A DNA stretch of 64,000 nt, from positions 205-64,204 of the forward strand of contig JBGTCG010000076.1 of NCBI GenBank assembly GCA_041748915.1, written 5' to 3'. The first letter of the stretch is position 1. Each line of letters starts with the position of its first letter. Source of the DNA: Methylococcales bacterium (lineage in GTDB: Bacteria > Pseudomonadota > Gammaproteobacteria > Methylococcales > UBA1147). The position numbers and the translations under genes were made by a program. Positions 9,330 to 18,209 of the stretch are shown here, piece after piece. The notes under the pieces were generated by a model. That model was not told the DNA's origin. It saw only the letters and a program-made list of their open reading frames with translations, and made no database searches.

Positions 9330-10280
9330 TCAGCTATTGGTTGTCCGGGTTCCCGTGCACGGAAGTTGATGCAGGATTTCCAGCACCGCACTCAGATTTT
9401 CCGGCACGGTTACCCATAAATGAGTAGTTTCGCGGAAAAGTATCCGGTTGTGGATCAGATAGCGGTTAATCACGGTTTCGATTTCCGCCTTGCTTTTGTC
9501 GAACCAATACCCGTCTTTCGAAGCGACCAGCACAACCGACGGAATGTCAATCGGGAATTCCGCGTTTCCGAGGTTATGCTCATTGGCCCAATTGTACCGG
9601 GCGATGCTCACATAGGCCCACAACGTTCCCGCGAAATAGAACCTGGATTCGAGATCGTATTTAAAAAACGTTTTTTTTTGCGAACCATTGCGCCAGCATT
9701 TGTCGGCGCCGCATTCGGCGTTGATGAACGTAATCCAGTTATGATTCGGAAACGCGAACCAGCGATCAGACCGGTGCCTGAATCCGTTCAGCCGGTAGAA
9801 AATCCCCTCCCATGCGGTGGCTTCGGACCAATCCGGCGCACAGGCGATCCAGGCCAGCTTCAATTTGTTCCGGATCGCCCCACCGAGTTCCCGGTAAGCC
9901 GCGATAAAGTCGTAAAATCCGCTGCTGTTGACGATGACCGAAATTTCATCGAATCGCGCGGCAAGCGATGCAAGATCCTGCAGAATTTTAGCGTGCTTTT
10001 TCTCGAGATTTTCCGGGTTGTATTTTTCCCAGATTGGCCGGCGGGCGGAAAATTCGTTCAAGTATAAACACCGAATATAAAAATCCGCGCCAAAGCTCCT
10101 CGCAAAACTGGGTAACGCAAAACGGATCTGTCCCGGAACGCCATTGAATCCGGGAATAAAGTAAAACACATTCCGGGTATTGGCTGGATTCCCGTATTCG
10201 GAAAGGTCGTCATAAAAGCTTTTATAATCGCGCAATGATTGATGATAGCGGTTGGTAAACTGACTGGTCCACAAACCCAT
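9330..10280 (-). CDS. Hypothetical protein, probable alpha/beta-hydrolase fold
   Basis: 316-aa ORF. FYFIPGFNG (oxyanion-region-like), VNSSG (degenerate GxSxG elbow) and a C-terminal ETTHLW histidine. No family recognised with certainty. Divergent from the 10528 gene. Confidence 0.5.
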   Translation of the reverse strand: MGLWTSQFTNRYHQSLRDYKSFYDDLSEYGNPANTRNVFYFIPGFNGVPGQIRFALPSFARSFGADFYIRCLYLNEFSARRPIWEKYNPENLEKKHAKILQDLASLAARFDEISVIVNSSGFYDFIAAYRELGGAIRNKLKLAWIACAPDWSEATAWEGIFYRLNGFRHRSDRWFAFPNHNWITFINAECGADKCWRNGSQKKTFFKYDLESRFYFAGTLWAYVSIARYNWANEHNLGNAEFPIDIPSVVLVASKDGYWFDKSKAEIETVINRYLIHNRILFRETTHLWVTVPENLSAVLEILHQLPCTGTRTTNS

Positions 10281-10527
10281 TCTTGGGCCCTCTTTTACAT
10301 TTTTATCAATAGCCTATTAGAGTCAGGCGCCGTCAAAAGGGAAACGCGGGCTGCCGGATTCTTTTATTATATCGAATGGTTCTGGAGCTTCCAGCGCATT
10401 TCCGTTTGCAGACACCGGTTCCCCGGGCCGATTCTCCGGCCCCGCGCATTGGCGGCCGGAAGCGGATCGTTCTACAATAGCCGGCCTCGACCGGGCCAAA
10501 ACAATGACTTCAACTTCATAAGCTGCC

Positions 10528-13365
10528 ATGAACCCTGCAGACCAACCTATTCAATCTAACCCACTGGCCGCGACCGGCGAGGTCCTGATCAACACGATCC
10601 TGGAATTGGGCCGGGAAATGAAAATCAGCCCTTCGTTACTCGAACACCTGGATCTGGATTCGCCACTGGACACCGTATTGGGGCTGGACAGTCTGACGCG
10701 GGTCGAATTTATCGCCCGGATCGAAAAGCGTTTCCGGGTGCAATTGGCCGAGTCGGCTTTTAAGAACGTGGCCACGCCCCGGGAACTGCTGCGCGAAATT
10801 TCAGGCGCCGGGTCGATGGCCGATCCACGTTCGGAACAGGCCATCACCACGCTGACTCTCGAAACCACCGATTCGACCCCGAAATACGCTCAAACGCTCA
10901 CGGACATCCTCAATTGGCATCTCAAGACTCATCCGGACCGTCCCCATATCCAGTTTTTTAGTGACCACGGCGTCGGTGAAATCATCAGCTACCGGCAATT
11001 GCATGAACGCTCGGAAGCAATCGCCGCCAATCTGCAGGCGGACGGATTCCAGCCCGGCCAGGCCGCGGCGATCATGCTGCCGACCTGCGCGGATTATTTT
11101 TATTCCTTTTTTGGCATCCTCGCCGCGGGCGGAGTTCCGGTGCCGATTTATCCGCCGGCGCGACTCAACCAGATCGAGGATCACCTGCTGCGGCACAAAA
11201 AGATTTTGAACAACTGCAGCGCCGCGGTTCTGATTACCGTTCCCGAGGCTTTGCCGGTTGCCCGGCTCTTGAAGAGCCATGTCCAGTCCCTGCGGTCGAT
11301 CGCAACCCCGTCCGGACCGCAACGCACCCGCGCAACGCTGCTGCGGCCGAAATTATCCACTGACGACATCGCCTTTCTGCAATATACGTCCGGAAGCACG
11401 GGCATTCCGAAGGGAGTCACTTTGAGTCACGCCAATCTATTGGCTAACATCCGCGCCATGGGGAGCAAACTGGAAGTCAATTCCTCGGATACCTTTGTAA
11501 GCTGGCTGCCGCTCTATCATGATATGGGCCTGATCGGTTCCTGGTTCGGAAGCCTTTATTATTCGGCATTGCTCGTAATCATGTCACCGCTGGACTTCCT
11601 GGCCAAACCGGAACGCTGGCTTTGGGCCATTCACCGCCACCGGGCCACGATCACGGCGGCGCCGAATTTCGCCTATGAGTTGTGTTTAAAACGGACCACA
11701 TCGGAGCAAATTGACGGGCTGAAGCTGGATTCGATGCGCGCGATGTTCAACGGAGCGGAGCCGGTCAGCCCGACAACCTTGCAGGGTTTTATCCAGCGGT
11801 TTGCCGCGGCGGGTCTGCGGCCTGGCGCGGTGATGCCGGTCTATGGTCTCGCGGAATGTTCGGTCGGGTTGACGTTTCCGCCACTCGGCCGCGGGCCCTT
11901 GATCGACCGGGTGTCGCGCGAAAAATTCATGAAAAAAGGAATCGCAGGCCCTGATCCGGAGAGCCCCGACGCCCTGCAATTTGTATCCTGTGGCTCGCCG
12001 ATCAAAAATCACGAAGTCCGGATCGTCGACGAGAACGGACGGGAAGTCCCCGATCGCTTCCAGGGCCTTCTGCAGTTTCGGGGACCGTCGACCACGTCCG
12101 GATATTACAATAATTCGGGAATAACGCGGGATCTATTCGATCAGGATTGGCTGAATTCAGGCGACCTCGCCTATATTGCCGACGGCGAGGTCTATCTGAC
12201 CGGACGCGCAAAAGATTTGATTATTCGCGCGGGACGCAACCTTTACCCTCAGGAACTCGAGGAACGCGTCAGTGAACTGCCCGGCATCCGCAAAGGTTGT
12301 GTGGCGGTATTCGGCAGCAAAGACCGTGAACGCGGCACCGAAAAACTGGTCGTACTGGCCGAAACCCGCGAGACGGACGCCGCCAAGAAACATGCGCTCG
12401 AAGTGGAAATCAACCGCGTCGTCTCCAATTTGACCGGAAGCGCGCCCGACGAGGTCGTCCTCGCCCCCCCGCAAACAGTCCTGAAGACCTCGAGCGGCAA
12501 ACTTCGACGCAGCGCCTGTAAGGAATTGTATGAGAATAACCGTCTCGGAAAAGGCGTCCGACCGATCTGGCTGCAGTTTTCTTCCCTGGCCTTATCCGGA
12601 GTTGTGCCGGAGCTCCGACGCATTCAAAATTCGATCGCATCCGGTCTCTGGGCTACCTACGCCTGGGTCGTATTCTCCATTCTGACTGCACTTACCTGGA
12701 CCAGCGTCGTACTGTGCCCGACCTTCGCGTGGCGAATCAAGATCATCCGTGCCGCCGTCCGGGTACTCTGCTGGTTGACCAACACCCGGATGGAAATCCG
12801 CGGCGCCGAACATTTGAACAGCATCGATCGACCCTGCGTGCTGGTCTGCAATCACTGCAGCTACCTCGATGCGGCGATGCTTTTCCTGGCTTTGCCACTC
12901 CGCTTCAGCTTTGTGGCCAAAGGCGAACTGAAGGAACAATTTCTGGCACGGGTTTTTTTAGACCGTATCCATACCGAGTTTGTAACCCGCTACGAAACCG
13001 AAAAAGGCCTCGCGGATTCGGAGAAAGTCACCAGGGCGGCGCGTGCCGGAAAAAATCTTCTCTTTTTTCCGGAAGGGACATTTACGCGCGTGCCTGGGCT
13101 CCGACCGTTCTTTATGGGAGCTTTCAAAACCGCGACCGAAACCGGCCACCCGTTGTTACCGGTGGTCATTCAGGGTACCCGGTCGATTCTGAGATCGGAT
13201 TCATGGTTCCCGCGGCATGGGTCGATCGAGGTGGATATTCTGCCGCCGGTCATCCCGAATACCCAAGGCTCCCCGGAAGATCCGTGGCAGACCGCAATGA
13301 CTCTGCGCGAAACCACGCGGCAGGCGATGTTGCGCAAGCTCAGGGAACCCGACTTGACCGCCTGA
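10528..13365 (+). CDS. Tri-domain fusion: carrier (ACP-like) domain + AMP-dependent acyl ligase/adenylase + membrane-linked PlsC-type lysophospholipid acyltransferase
   Basis: N-terminal LGLDSLTRVEFIARIEKRF (phosphopantetheine Ser motif). YTSGSTGIPKG and GDLAYI..GRAKDLI AMP-binding motifs. Hydrophobic linker, then NHCSYLD (HX4D) and FPEGT acyltransferase motifs. Confidence 0.85.
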   Translation: MNPADQPIQSNPLAATGEVLINTILELGREMKISPSLLEHLDLDSPLDTVLGLDSLTRVEFIARIEKRFRVQLAESAFKNVATPRELLREISGAGSMADPRSEQAITTLTLETTDSTPKYAQTLTDILNWHLKTHPDRPHIQFFSDHGVGEIISYRQLHERSEAIAANLQADGFQPGQAAAIMLPTCADYFYSFFGILAAGGVPVPIYPPARLNQIEDHLLRHKKILNNCSAAVLITVPEALPVARLLKSHVQSLRSIATPSGPQRTRATLLRPKLSTDDIAFLQYTSGSTGIPKGVTLSHANLLANIRAMGSKLEVNSSDTFVSWLPLYHDMGLIGSWFGSLYYSALLVIMSPLDFLAKPERWLWAIHRHRATITAAPNFAYELCLKRTTSEQIDGLKLDSMRAMFNGAEPVSPTTLQGFIQRFAAAGLRPGAVMPVYGLAECSVGLTFPPLGRGPLIDRVSREKFMKKGIAGPDPESPDALQFVSCGSPIKNHEVRIVDENGREVPDRFQGLLQFRGPSTTSGYYNNSGITRDLFDQDWLNSGDLAYIADGEVYLTGRAKDLIIRAGRNLYPQELEERVSELPGIRKGCVAVFGSKDRERGTEKLVVLAETRETDAAKKHALEVEINRVVSNLTGSAPDEVVLAPPQTVLKTSSGKLRRSACKELYENNRLGKGVRPIWLQFSSLALSGVVPELRRIQNSIASGLWATYAWVVFSILTALTWTSVVLCPTFAWRIKIIRAAVRVLCWLTNTRMEIRGAEHLNSIDRPCVLVCNHCSYLDAAMLFLALPLRFSFVAKGELKEQFLARVFLDRIHTEFVTRYETEKGLADSEKVTRAARAGKNLLFFPEGTFTRVPGLRPFFMGAFKTATETGHPLLPVVIQGTRSILRSDSWFPRHGSIEVDILPPVIPNTQGSPEDPWQTAMTLRETTRQAMLRKLREPDLTA

Positions 13366-13416
13366 AAATTGAAAACGCACGGGATCCTTCGGCAAACGGA
13401 ATTTCCAGGGAAACAT

Positions 13417-13540
13417 GAAAAATTCCATCCTGGATTTCTCCGTGGTCGGCGGCGCCCAATGCGATTTAGTGCTGCCCTTTTTAATATAATGCCGAAAGCT
13501 TGAATTTGGCAGCGTATCCCTGCGCCGCGGGAAGCTCTGC
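13417..13540 (+). repeat. Structured intergenic repeat, family 1, copy 1
   Basis: ..ttccatcctggatttctc..ggcggcgcc-caatgcgattt-agtgctgcc..tttggcagcgtatccctgcgccgcgggaagctctg.. aligns with 29140-29290, 36935-37077, 49055-49208 (reverse) and 56165-56280 (reverse). Confidence 0.85.
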
Positions 13541-13568
13541 CGAACCGGGAACCACATCGGTATCGCGC

Positions 13569-15215
13569 TTATGCCCTGCTTGCCTTGAAACGGCGCATCA
13601 ATCCGTTGGTCGATGAATCATGCAGTTCGGGACGCAATTCATTGTCCATCTCCTGGAGCAAGCCGCTCGCAAGCTGTTTCCCGAGCTCGACGCCCCACTG
13701 GTCAAAGGAATTGATTCCCCAGAGGATTCCCTGGGTGAAAATCTTGTGTTCATAAAGGGCGATCAAGGCCCCGAGATTACGCGGACTGAGTTTGTCGATC
13801 AGCAGCATGTTGCTCGGCTTGTTGCCGGGGAAAGTCTTATGCCTGGCCAAAAGATGCACGTCCTCGGCGTTGGCATTCGAGTAACGCAATTCTTCGAGGG
13901 CCTGGCCGGCGGTTTTGCCTTTCATCAAAGCCTCGGCCTGCGCGAAACAGTTGGCAATCAGAATCTTATGGTGCAATTCAAGCCCCGATTCATCTTCCAG
14001 TACCGCGATAAAATCGACCGGAACCAGATCGCTGCCCTGATGAATCAACTGGTAAAAAGCGTGTTGGCCGTTGGTGCCGGGTTCTCCCCACAATACGGGC
14101 CCTGTTTTTGTGGCGACCTGTCGTCCTTCGCGGCCTACGGTTTTTCCGTTGCTTTCCATATCGCATTGCTGCAGATAAGCCGGGAAACGATGCAAGCGCT
14201 GATCGTAGGGCAATACCGCATAGGTTTCCGCTCCGATAAAATTCCGGTTCCAGATGCCGATCAGCGCGAGGATGACCGGCAGATTTTCCTCGAACCGCGC
14301 ATTCCGGAAATGTTCGTCCATCGCATTAGCGCCCATCAGCAGGCACTCGAACTTTTCCATGCCCACGCTCAAAGCGACCGATAAGCCAATTGCCGACCAC
14401 AACGAATAACGCCCGCCGACCCAGTCCCAGAATTCGAACATATTGACGGGATCGATTCCGAAGGTCTCGACTTCGGCCTGATTGGTCGAAACCGCTACGA
14501 AGTGCCTCGCGATGTTGGCCGACGATCCGGCTTTTTCCAGAAACCATTGCCGCGCCGAACGCGCGTTGGTCATCGTTTCCTGGGTGGTGAATGTTTTCGA
14601 GGAAACCACAAACAATGTGCTCTCGTGATCCAAATCCTTCAGGGTCCTGCACAGATCCGTACCGTCGATATTGGCCACGAAATGACTTCGGATGGTATCA
14701 ACGGCTTGTCCGGCCAGCGCTTCGACCACCATTCGTGGTCCAAGGTCAGAGCCTCCGATTCCGATATTGACGGCATCGGTAATGGGTCTACCGGTACATC
14801 CTCGCCATGATCCGGAATGGATCGCTTCGACAAAACGTCCCATTTTTTCGAACACGGCCAGGATTGCGGGCATAATATCCGTACCGTCGACCACGAGCGG
14901 GGAGTCCGACCGCCGCCGCAACGCGGTATGCAGCACCGCCCGGTCCTCGGTCAGATTGATTTTTTCGCCGGTAAACATCCGTTCTATCCAGGCGTCCAAC
15001 CGCATCTGGCGAGCGAGGTCACACAACAGTTTGAGGGTTTCCGACGATATCCGGTTTTTCGAAAAATCGAGGAATATCCCAGCCGCTTCCAGGGAAAAAC
15101 GCGAGCATCGGCCTGGATCATCGCGAAACATCTGGCGCATGTCCGGCTCGCCGGTTTGTTCATGATGGGCCTTTAACGCAGACCAGGAGTCCGTTTGAAC
15201 CGGATTGGAAGTCAT
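13569..15215 (-). CDS. pgi: Glucose-6-phosphate isomerase
   Basis: 548 aa. NIGIGGSDLGP and SKTFTTQET motifs of the PGI family. Confidence 0.97.
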   Translation of the reverse strand: MTSNPVQTDSWSALKAHHEQTGEPDMRQMFRDDPGRCSRFSLEAAGIFLDFSKNRISSETLKLLCDLARQMRLDAWIERMFTGEKINLTEDRAVLHTALRRRSDSPLVVDGTDIMPAILAVFEKMGRFVEAIHSGSWRGCTGRPITDAVNIGIGGSDLGPRMVVEALAGQAVDTIRSHFVANIDGTDLCRTLKDLDHESTLFVVSSKTFTTQETMTNARSARQWFLEKAGSSANIARHFVAVSTNQAEVETFGIDPVNMFEFWDWVGGRYSLWSAIGLSVALSVGMEKFECLLMGANAMDEHFRNARFEENLPVILALIGIWNRNFIGAETYAVLPYDQRLHRFPAYLQQCDMESNGKTVGREGRQVATKTGPVLWGEPGTNGQHAFYQLIHQGSDLVPVDFIAVLEDESGLELHHKILIANCFAQAEALMKGKTAGQALEELRYSNANAEDVHLLARHKTFPGNKPSNMLLIDKLSPRNLGALIALYEHKIFTQGILWGINSFDQWGVELGKQLASGLLQEMDNELRPELHDSSTNGLMRRFKASRA

Positions 15216-15314
15216 CGTGCCTTGAAAGTTATCCTCTTTATCGAATCGATGTTCGCTGGCGCGAAAACCTGGCGTTCAAGTCCAAAACAGAACGCCGCGA
15301 AAGAAATACGGGAA

Positions 15315-15695
15315 TCAGGCTGCCTGAACCGGAATCTCTCGATTGGTCCGGACTATCTGATTCTTTTCGTTCACATACACGAGTTGGGGTTTATATCCTG
15401 CTAACTCGCTCTGACTCAGCCCGATATAAGAGCAAACAATCAACAAATCGCCGGGCGCGGCGAGATGCGCGGCTGCGCCATTGACCGAAACGATGCCGGA
15501 ATCCTTCTCCGCCCGAATCGCATAGGTCGTAAATCGATTGCCGTTGGTGATATTGTAAATCTGAATCTGCTCGTATTCGCGAATTCCGGATCGCTCGAGA
15601 AGGGCACTGTCAATTGCACAGGAGCCTTCATACTCCAATTCCGAATGCGTAACGGAAACCCTGTGCAGCTTGGCTTTCAGCATCGTTGTTTGCAT
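15315..15695 (-). CDS. panD: Aspartate 1-decarboxylase
   Basis: [29 protein letters not shown].. parallels E. coli Pan[30 protein letters not shown] (the self-processing G-S site is present). Start chosen at the 8th codon of ORF 15315-15716. Confidence 0.95.
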   Translation of the reverse strand: MQTTMLKAKLHRVSVTHSELEYEGSCAIDSALLERSGIREYEQIQIYNITNGNRFTTYAIRAEKDSGIVSVNGAAAHLAAPGDLLIVCSYIGLSQSELAGYKPQLVYVNEKNQIVRTNREIPVQAA

Positions 15696-15737
15696 AAGTT
15701 CAAAAGGTATGGGCAAATTTTGACTGGAAATTATGCA

Positions 15738-15902
15738 TCAAAGCCACCGCGCAGGCAACTTGATAGCCGATTCCTGGACCGTTTCACGGAGCGATGCGGA
15801 CTTCGATTTTTTAATCAGATCAATAGCTTTCGCGATAGCGACGAAACCGTCGGGCGGGAACGGTATAACCATCAGCTTAGCTTGAAAAGGCCCGCTCGTC
15901 AT
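15738..15902 (-). CDS. Possible small ORF (54 aa) between panC and panD
   Basis: ATG..TGA reading MTSGPFQAKLMVIPFPPDGFVAIAKAIDLIKKSKSASLRETVQESAIKLPARWL. It fills the otherwise empty 220-nt panC-panD spacer on the operon strand. No family recognised. Confidence 0.25.
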   Translation of the reverse strand: MTSGPFQAKLMVIPFPPDGFVAIAKAIDLIKKSKSASLRETVQESAIKLPARWL

Positions 15903-15918
15903 CCCGGCTGCGCCAGGT

Positions 15919-16791
15919 TCATTCTTCGACCCGATTTATCGAAACCTGCCCGGCACAAACGGCTTGGTTATCGATCAGGCGCGCATTTCCGAGCCAGGCC
16001 GCGGCCAGAATGATCAACTCGCGATCGCCGGGGCCAGGCGGCTGCAAATCCTGGATCCTGCCGACCGAAAAATAGTCGGGTCTGAAGTCATATTTCCTCA
16101 GTTTGATCATATTTCGCTGTTCCAGATCGCCGAATTCCGCGGTTCCCGCGCGGATCTCCGCGGCCGCTTCACACAGTAGCCGGTACAGATTCGGAGCAAG
16201 CCGCCTTTCCTGGTCCGACAAATAGCGGTTCCTGGAACTCATCGCCAATCCGTCGGGTTCCCGCACGGTTTCGACCGATTTGATCAGCACGGGAACATTG
16301 AGGTCGGCGGTCATCTTCCGAACAATCATCAATTGCTGAAAATCCTTTTGTCCAAATACCGCCACGTCCGGTTGCACCATGTTGAAAAATTTCAGGACGA
16401 TCGTGGCGACTCCCGAAAAATGGCCGGGCCGATGTTTACCGCATAACCGGTCGGACAACCCTGGAACAGTCAAATGGGTAAATGGTTTCACCGGATAGAC
16501 TTCTTCGGTCGGGGGCGCGAAAATCAGATCCGCAGGTTTCGTTGCAAGCCTGCGAGCATCTTCATCGAAGGTCCGCGGATAATCAGCAAAATCCTCTCCT
16601 TCGCCGAATTGAGCCGGATTGACAAAAATGCTGACGACCACACGTTCGCCATTTCGCGCCGCTTCGTCAACCAGTTTAAGGTGACCGTCATGCAGATTCC
16701 CCATGGTCGGCACGAGCGCGATCCGCTCGGCCGCCTTTCGCCATTCCGCCACCCGGATACGCAGCGATTCGATCGTTTCAATGATTTCCAT
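15919..16791 (-). CDS. panC: Pantoate--beta-alanine ligase
   Basis: MEIIETIESLR..IALVPTMGNLHDGH.. aligns with the E. coli PanC N-terminus. Start taken at the 13th codon of ORF 15919-16827. Confidence 0.95.
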   Translation of the reverse strand: MEIIETIESLRIRVAEWRKAAERIALVPTMGNLHDGHLKLVDEAARNGERVVVSIFVNPAQFGEGEDFADYPRTFDEDARRLATKPADLIFAPPTEEVYPVKPFTHLTVPGLSDRLCGKHRPGHFSGVATIVLKFFNMVQPDVAVFGQKDFQQLMIVRKMTADLNVPVLIKSVETVREPDGLAMSSRNRYLSDQERRLAPNLYRLLCEAAAEIRAGTAEFGDLEQRNMIKLRKYDFRPDYFSVGRIQDLQPPGPGDRELIILAAAWLGNARLIDNQAVCAGQVSINRVEE

Positions 16792-16844
16792 GACCATCCC
16801 CGGTAATCCGCCATCCTGGACAACCAACTCCTGGTCTGCGAAAA

Positions 16845-17660
16845 CTATTCCAGACCATGCTCCGGACCCGGAAACTCGCTGGACCGTACCGCTCTGACGA
16901 AGGATTTCACGGCCGCACGGATTCCGCTTTTGCCGGCCAGAAAGTCTTTCGCGAACTTCGGGGTTCGCTGCAAGCCGACACCGAGCAGGTCATACAAAAC
17001 CAAAACCTGTCCGTCGCATGAATTACCGGCTCCGATTCCGATCGTCGGGATTTTGATATTCCGGGTGATTTCCGCGGCCAGATCTCGCGGGATACATTCG
17101 AGAACCAGCAAACCCGCTCCGGCTTCTTCGAGGATCCGCGCGTCCCCGACCATTTGATCCGCCGCGGCACGGTCTTTCCCCTGAACCCGGAAGCCGCCGA
17201 GCTGATGGATGGACTGCGGCGTCAAGCCCAGATGCGCGCAAACCGGGATTCCCTGTCCGGTCAGATGCCGGACGATCTCGGCAAAACGCCGGCCACCCTC
17301 CAGCTTGACCATCCGGGCGTTGCCTTCACGCATCAGACGTGCGGCATTGAAGGCGGCCTGATCCCGGTTCGCGTAACTCATAAACGGCATGTCCGTGACT
17401 AGCCAGGCGCGTTGGATTCCTTTCGCAACACACCGCGAGTGATAGACCATTTCATCCACGGTCACCGAGAGAGTGGTTTCCTCGCCTTTGATGACCATAC
17501 CCAGCGAATCGCCAACCAAAACGATGTCGACGCCCTCTTCGTCCAACACGTGGCTGAATACCGCATCATAAGCGGTCAGGCAGGTGATTTTTTCACCGTG
17601 CTGTTTCATTTTTAGCAGGTCCGGTAGGGTCAAAGCCCTGCTTTTGTTATTCGCCCCCAT
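16845..17660 (-). CDS. panB: 3-methyl-2-oxobutanoate hydroxymethyltransferase
   Basis: 271 aa. LTAYDA and VGDSLGMV motifs. In the panB-panC-panD order. Confidence 0.95.
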   Translation of the reverse strand: MGANNKSRALTLPDLLKMKQHGEKITCLTAYDAVFSHVLDEEGVDIVLVGDSLGMVIKGEETTLSVTVDEMVYHSRCVAKGIQRAWLVTDMPFMSYANRDQAAFNAARLMREGNARMVKLEGGRRFAEIVRHLTGQGIPVCAHLGLTPQSIHQLGGFRVQGKDRAAADQMVGDARILEEAGAGLLVLECIPRDLAAEITRNIKIPTIGIGAGNSCDGQVLVLYDLLGVGLQRTPKFAKDFLAGKSGIRAAVKSFVRAVRSSEFPGPEHGLE

Positions 17661-17693
17661 TTAACTGCACATCCGGAAACCGGTTGATTTGGC

Positions 17694-18188
17694 TTACTTG
17701 ATTCGGGTCAGACCATCGCTGGAGCATTTATTGAGCAGATCCGCGATCGGGCCTTTACCGGGAATGGAAATATGCGGCGCAATTTCTGCCAGGGGATACA
17801 GCACGAACGCGCGGTCTGCGATTCCGTGATGTGGAATTATCAGATCGTCGGTTTGTACGATGTCCTGATTATATAACAAAATGTCGAGGTCCAGCGTTCG
17901 CTCGGTCCATCGGACACCGCTCCTGATCCGCCCGGACCGGTCCTCAATAGCCTGAAGTTCACTTAACAATAATGCGGGCGGCAACGCGCAATCAATCACC
18001 ATGACCGCATTCACAAAATCAGGCTGGTCCTTTGGCCCCATTGGCGGACTGCTATATAAACTTGAACAGGCCAGCGACCGGCATCCGTTCAAACCGGCTA
18101 CCGCGGCAATCCCACGTCGAACCTGATCTTCCGGGCCGCACAAATTGCTTCCCACACCGATATAAACCAAAGTCCCGTGGACATTCAT
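17694..18188 (-). CDS. folK: 2-amino-4-hydroxy-6-hydroxymethyldihydropteridine diphosphokinase
   Basis: VYIGVGSNL, RTLDLDILLY and IPHHG motifs. The pcnB-folK order is conserved. Start could alternatively be the GTG at 18203. Confidence 0.9.
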   Translation of the reverse strand: MNVHGTLVYIGVGSNLCGPEDQVRRGIAAVAGLNGCRSLACSSLYSSPPMGPKDQPDFVNAVMVIDCALPPALLLSELQAIEDRSGRIRSGVRWTERTLDLDILLYNQDIVQTDDLIIPHHGIADRAFVLYPLAEIAPHISIPGKGPIADLLNKCSSDGLTRIK

Positions 18189-18209
18189 CCGTTCAACCAC
18201 CAACTCGGG

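Noticed and set aside
10385-10400. Sigma-54-like -24/-12 spacing (tGGagcttccagcGCa) upstream of the tri-domain acyltransferase gene, considered because a sigma54 activator is encoded nearby.
   Set aside because: Only the GG and GC dinucleotides match and the flanking consensus (TGGCAC..TTGC) is absent. It is likely fortuitous.
12714-13418. 234-aa alternative-frame ORF overlapping the 3' third of the 10528-13365 gene, and many similar 60-250-aa overlapping ORFs throughout the track.
   Set aside because: They overlap genes with strong family signatures, are Arg/Pro/Gly-rich as expected for off-frame translation of moderately GC-rich DNA, and carry no motifs.
13201-13557. ORFs crossing repeat copies 1 and 4 (13201-13557 minus; 49051-49335 plus) share the peptide GSTKSHW..PTEKS.M.(F/L)F, which suggested a small conserved protein.
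   Set aside because: The similarity simply reflects nucleotide conservation of the repeat. The equivalent frame is interrupted by stops in copies 2 and 3, and the conserved blocks coincide with hairpin arms rather than codon periodicity.
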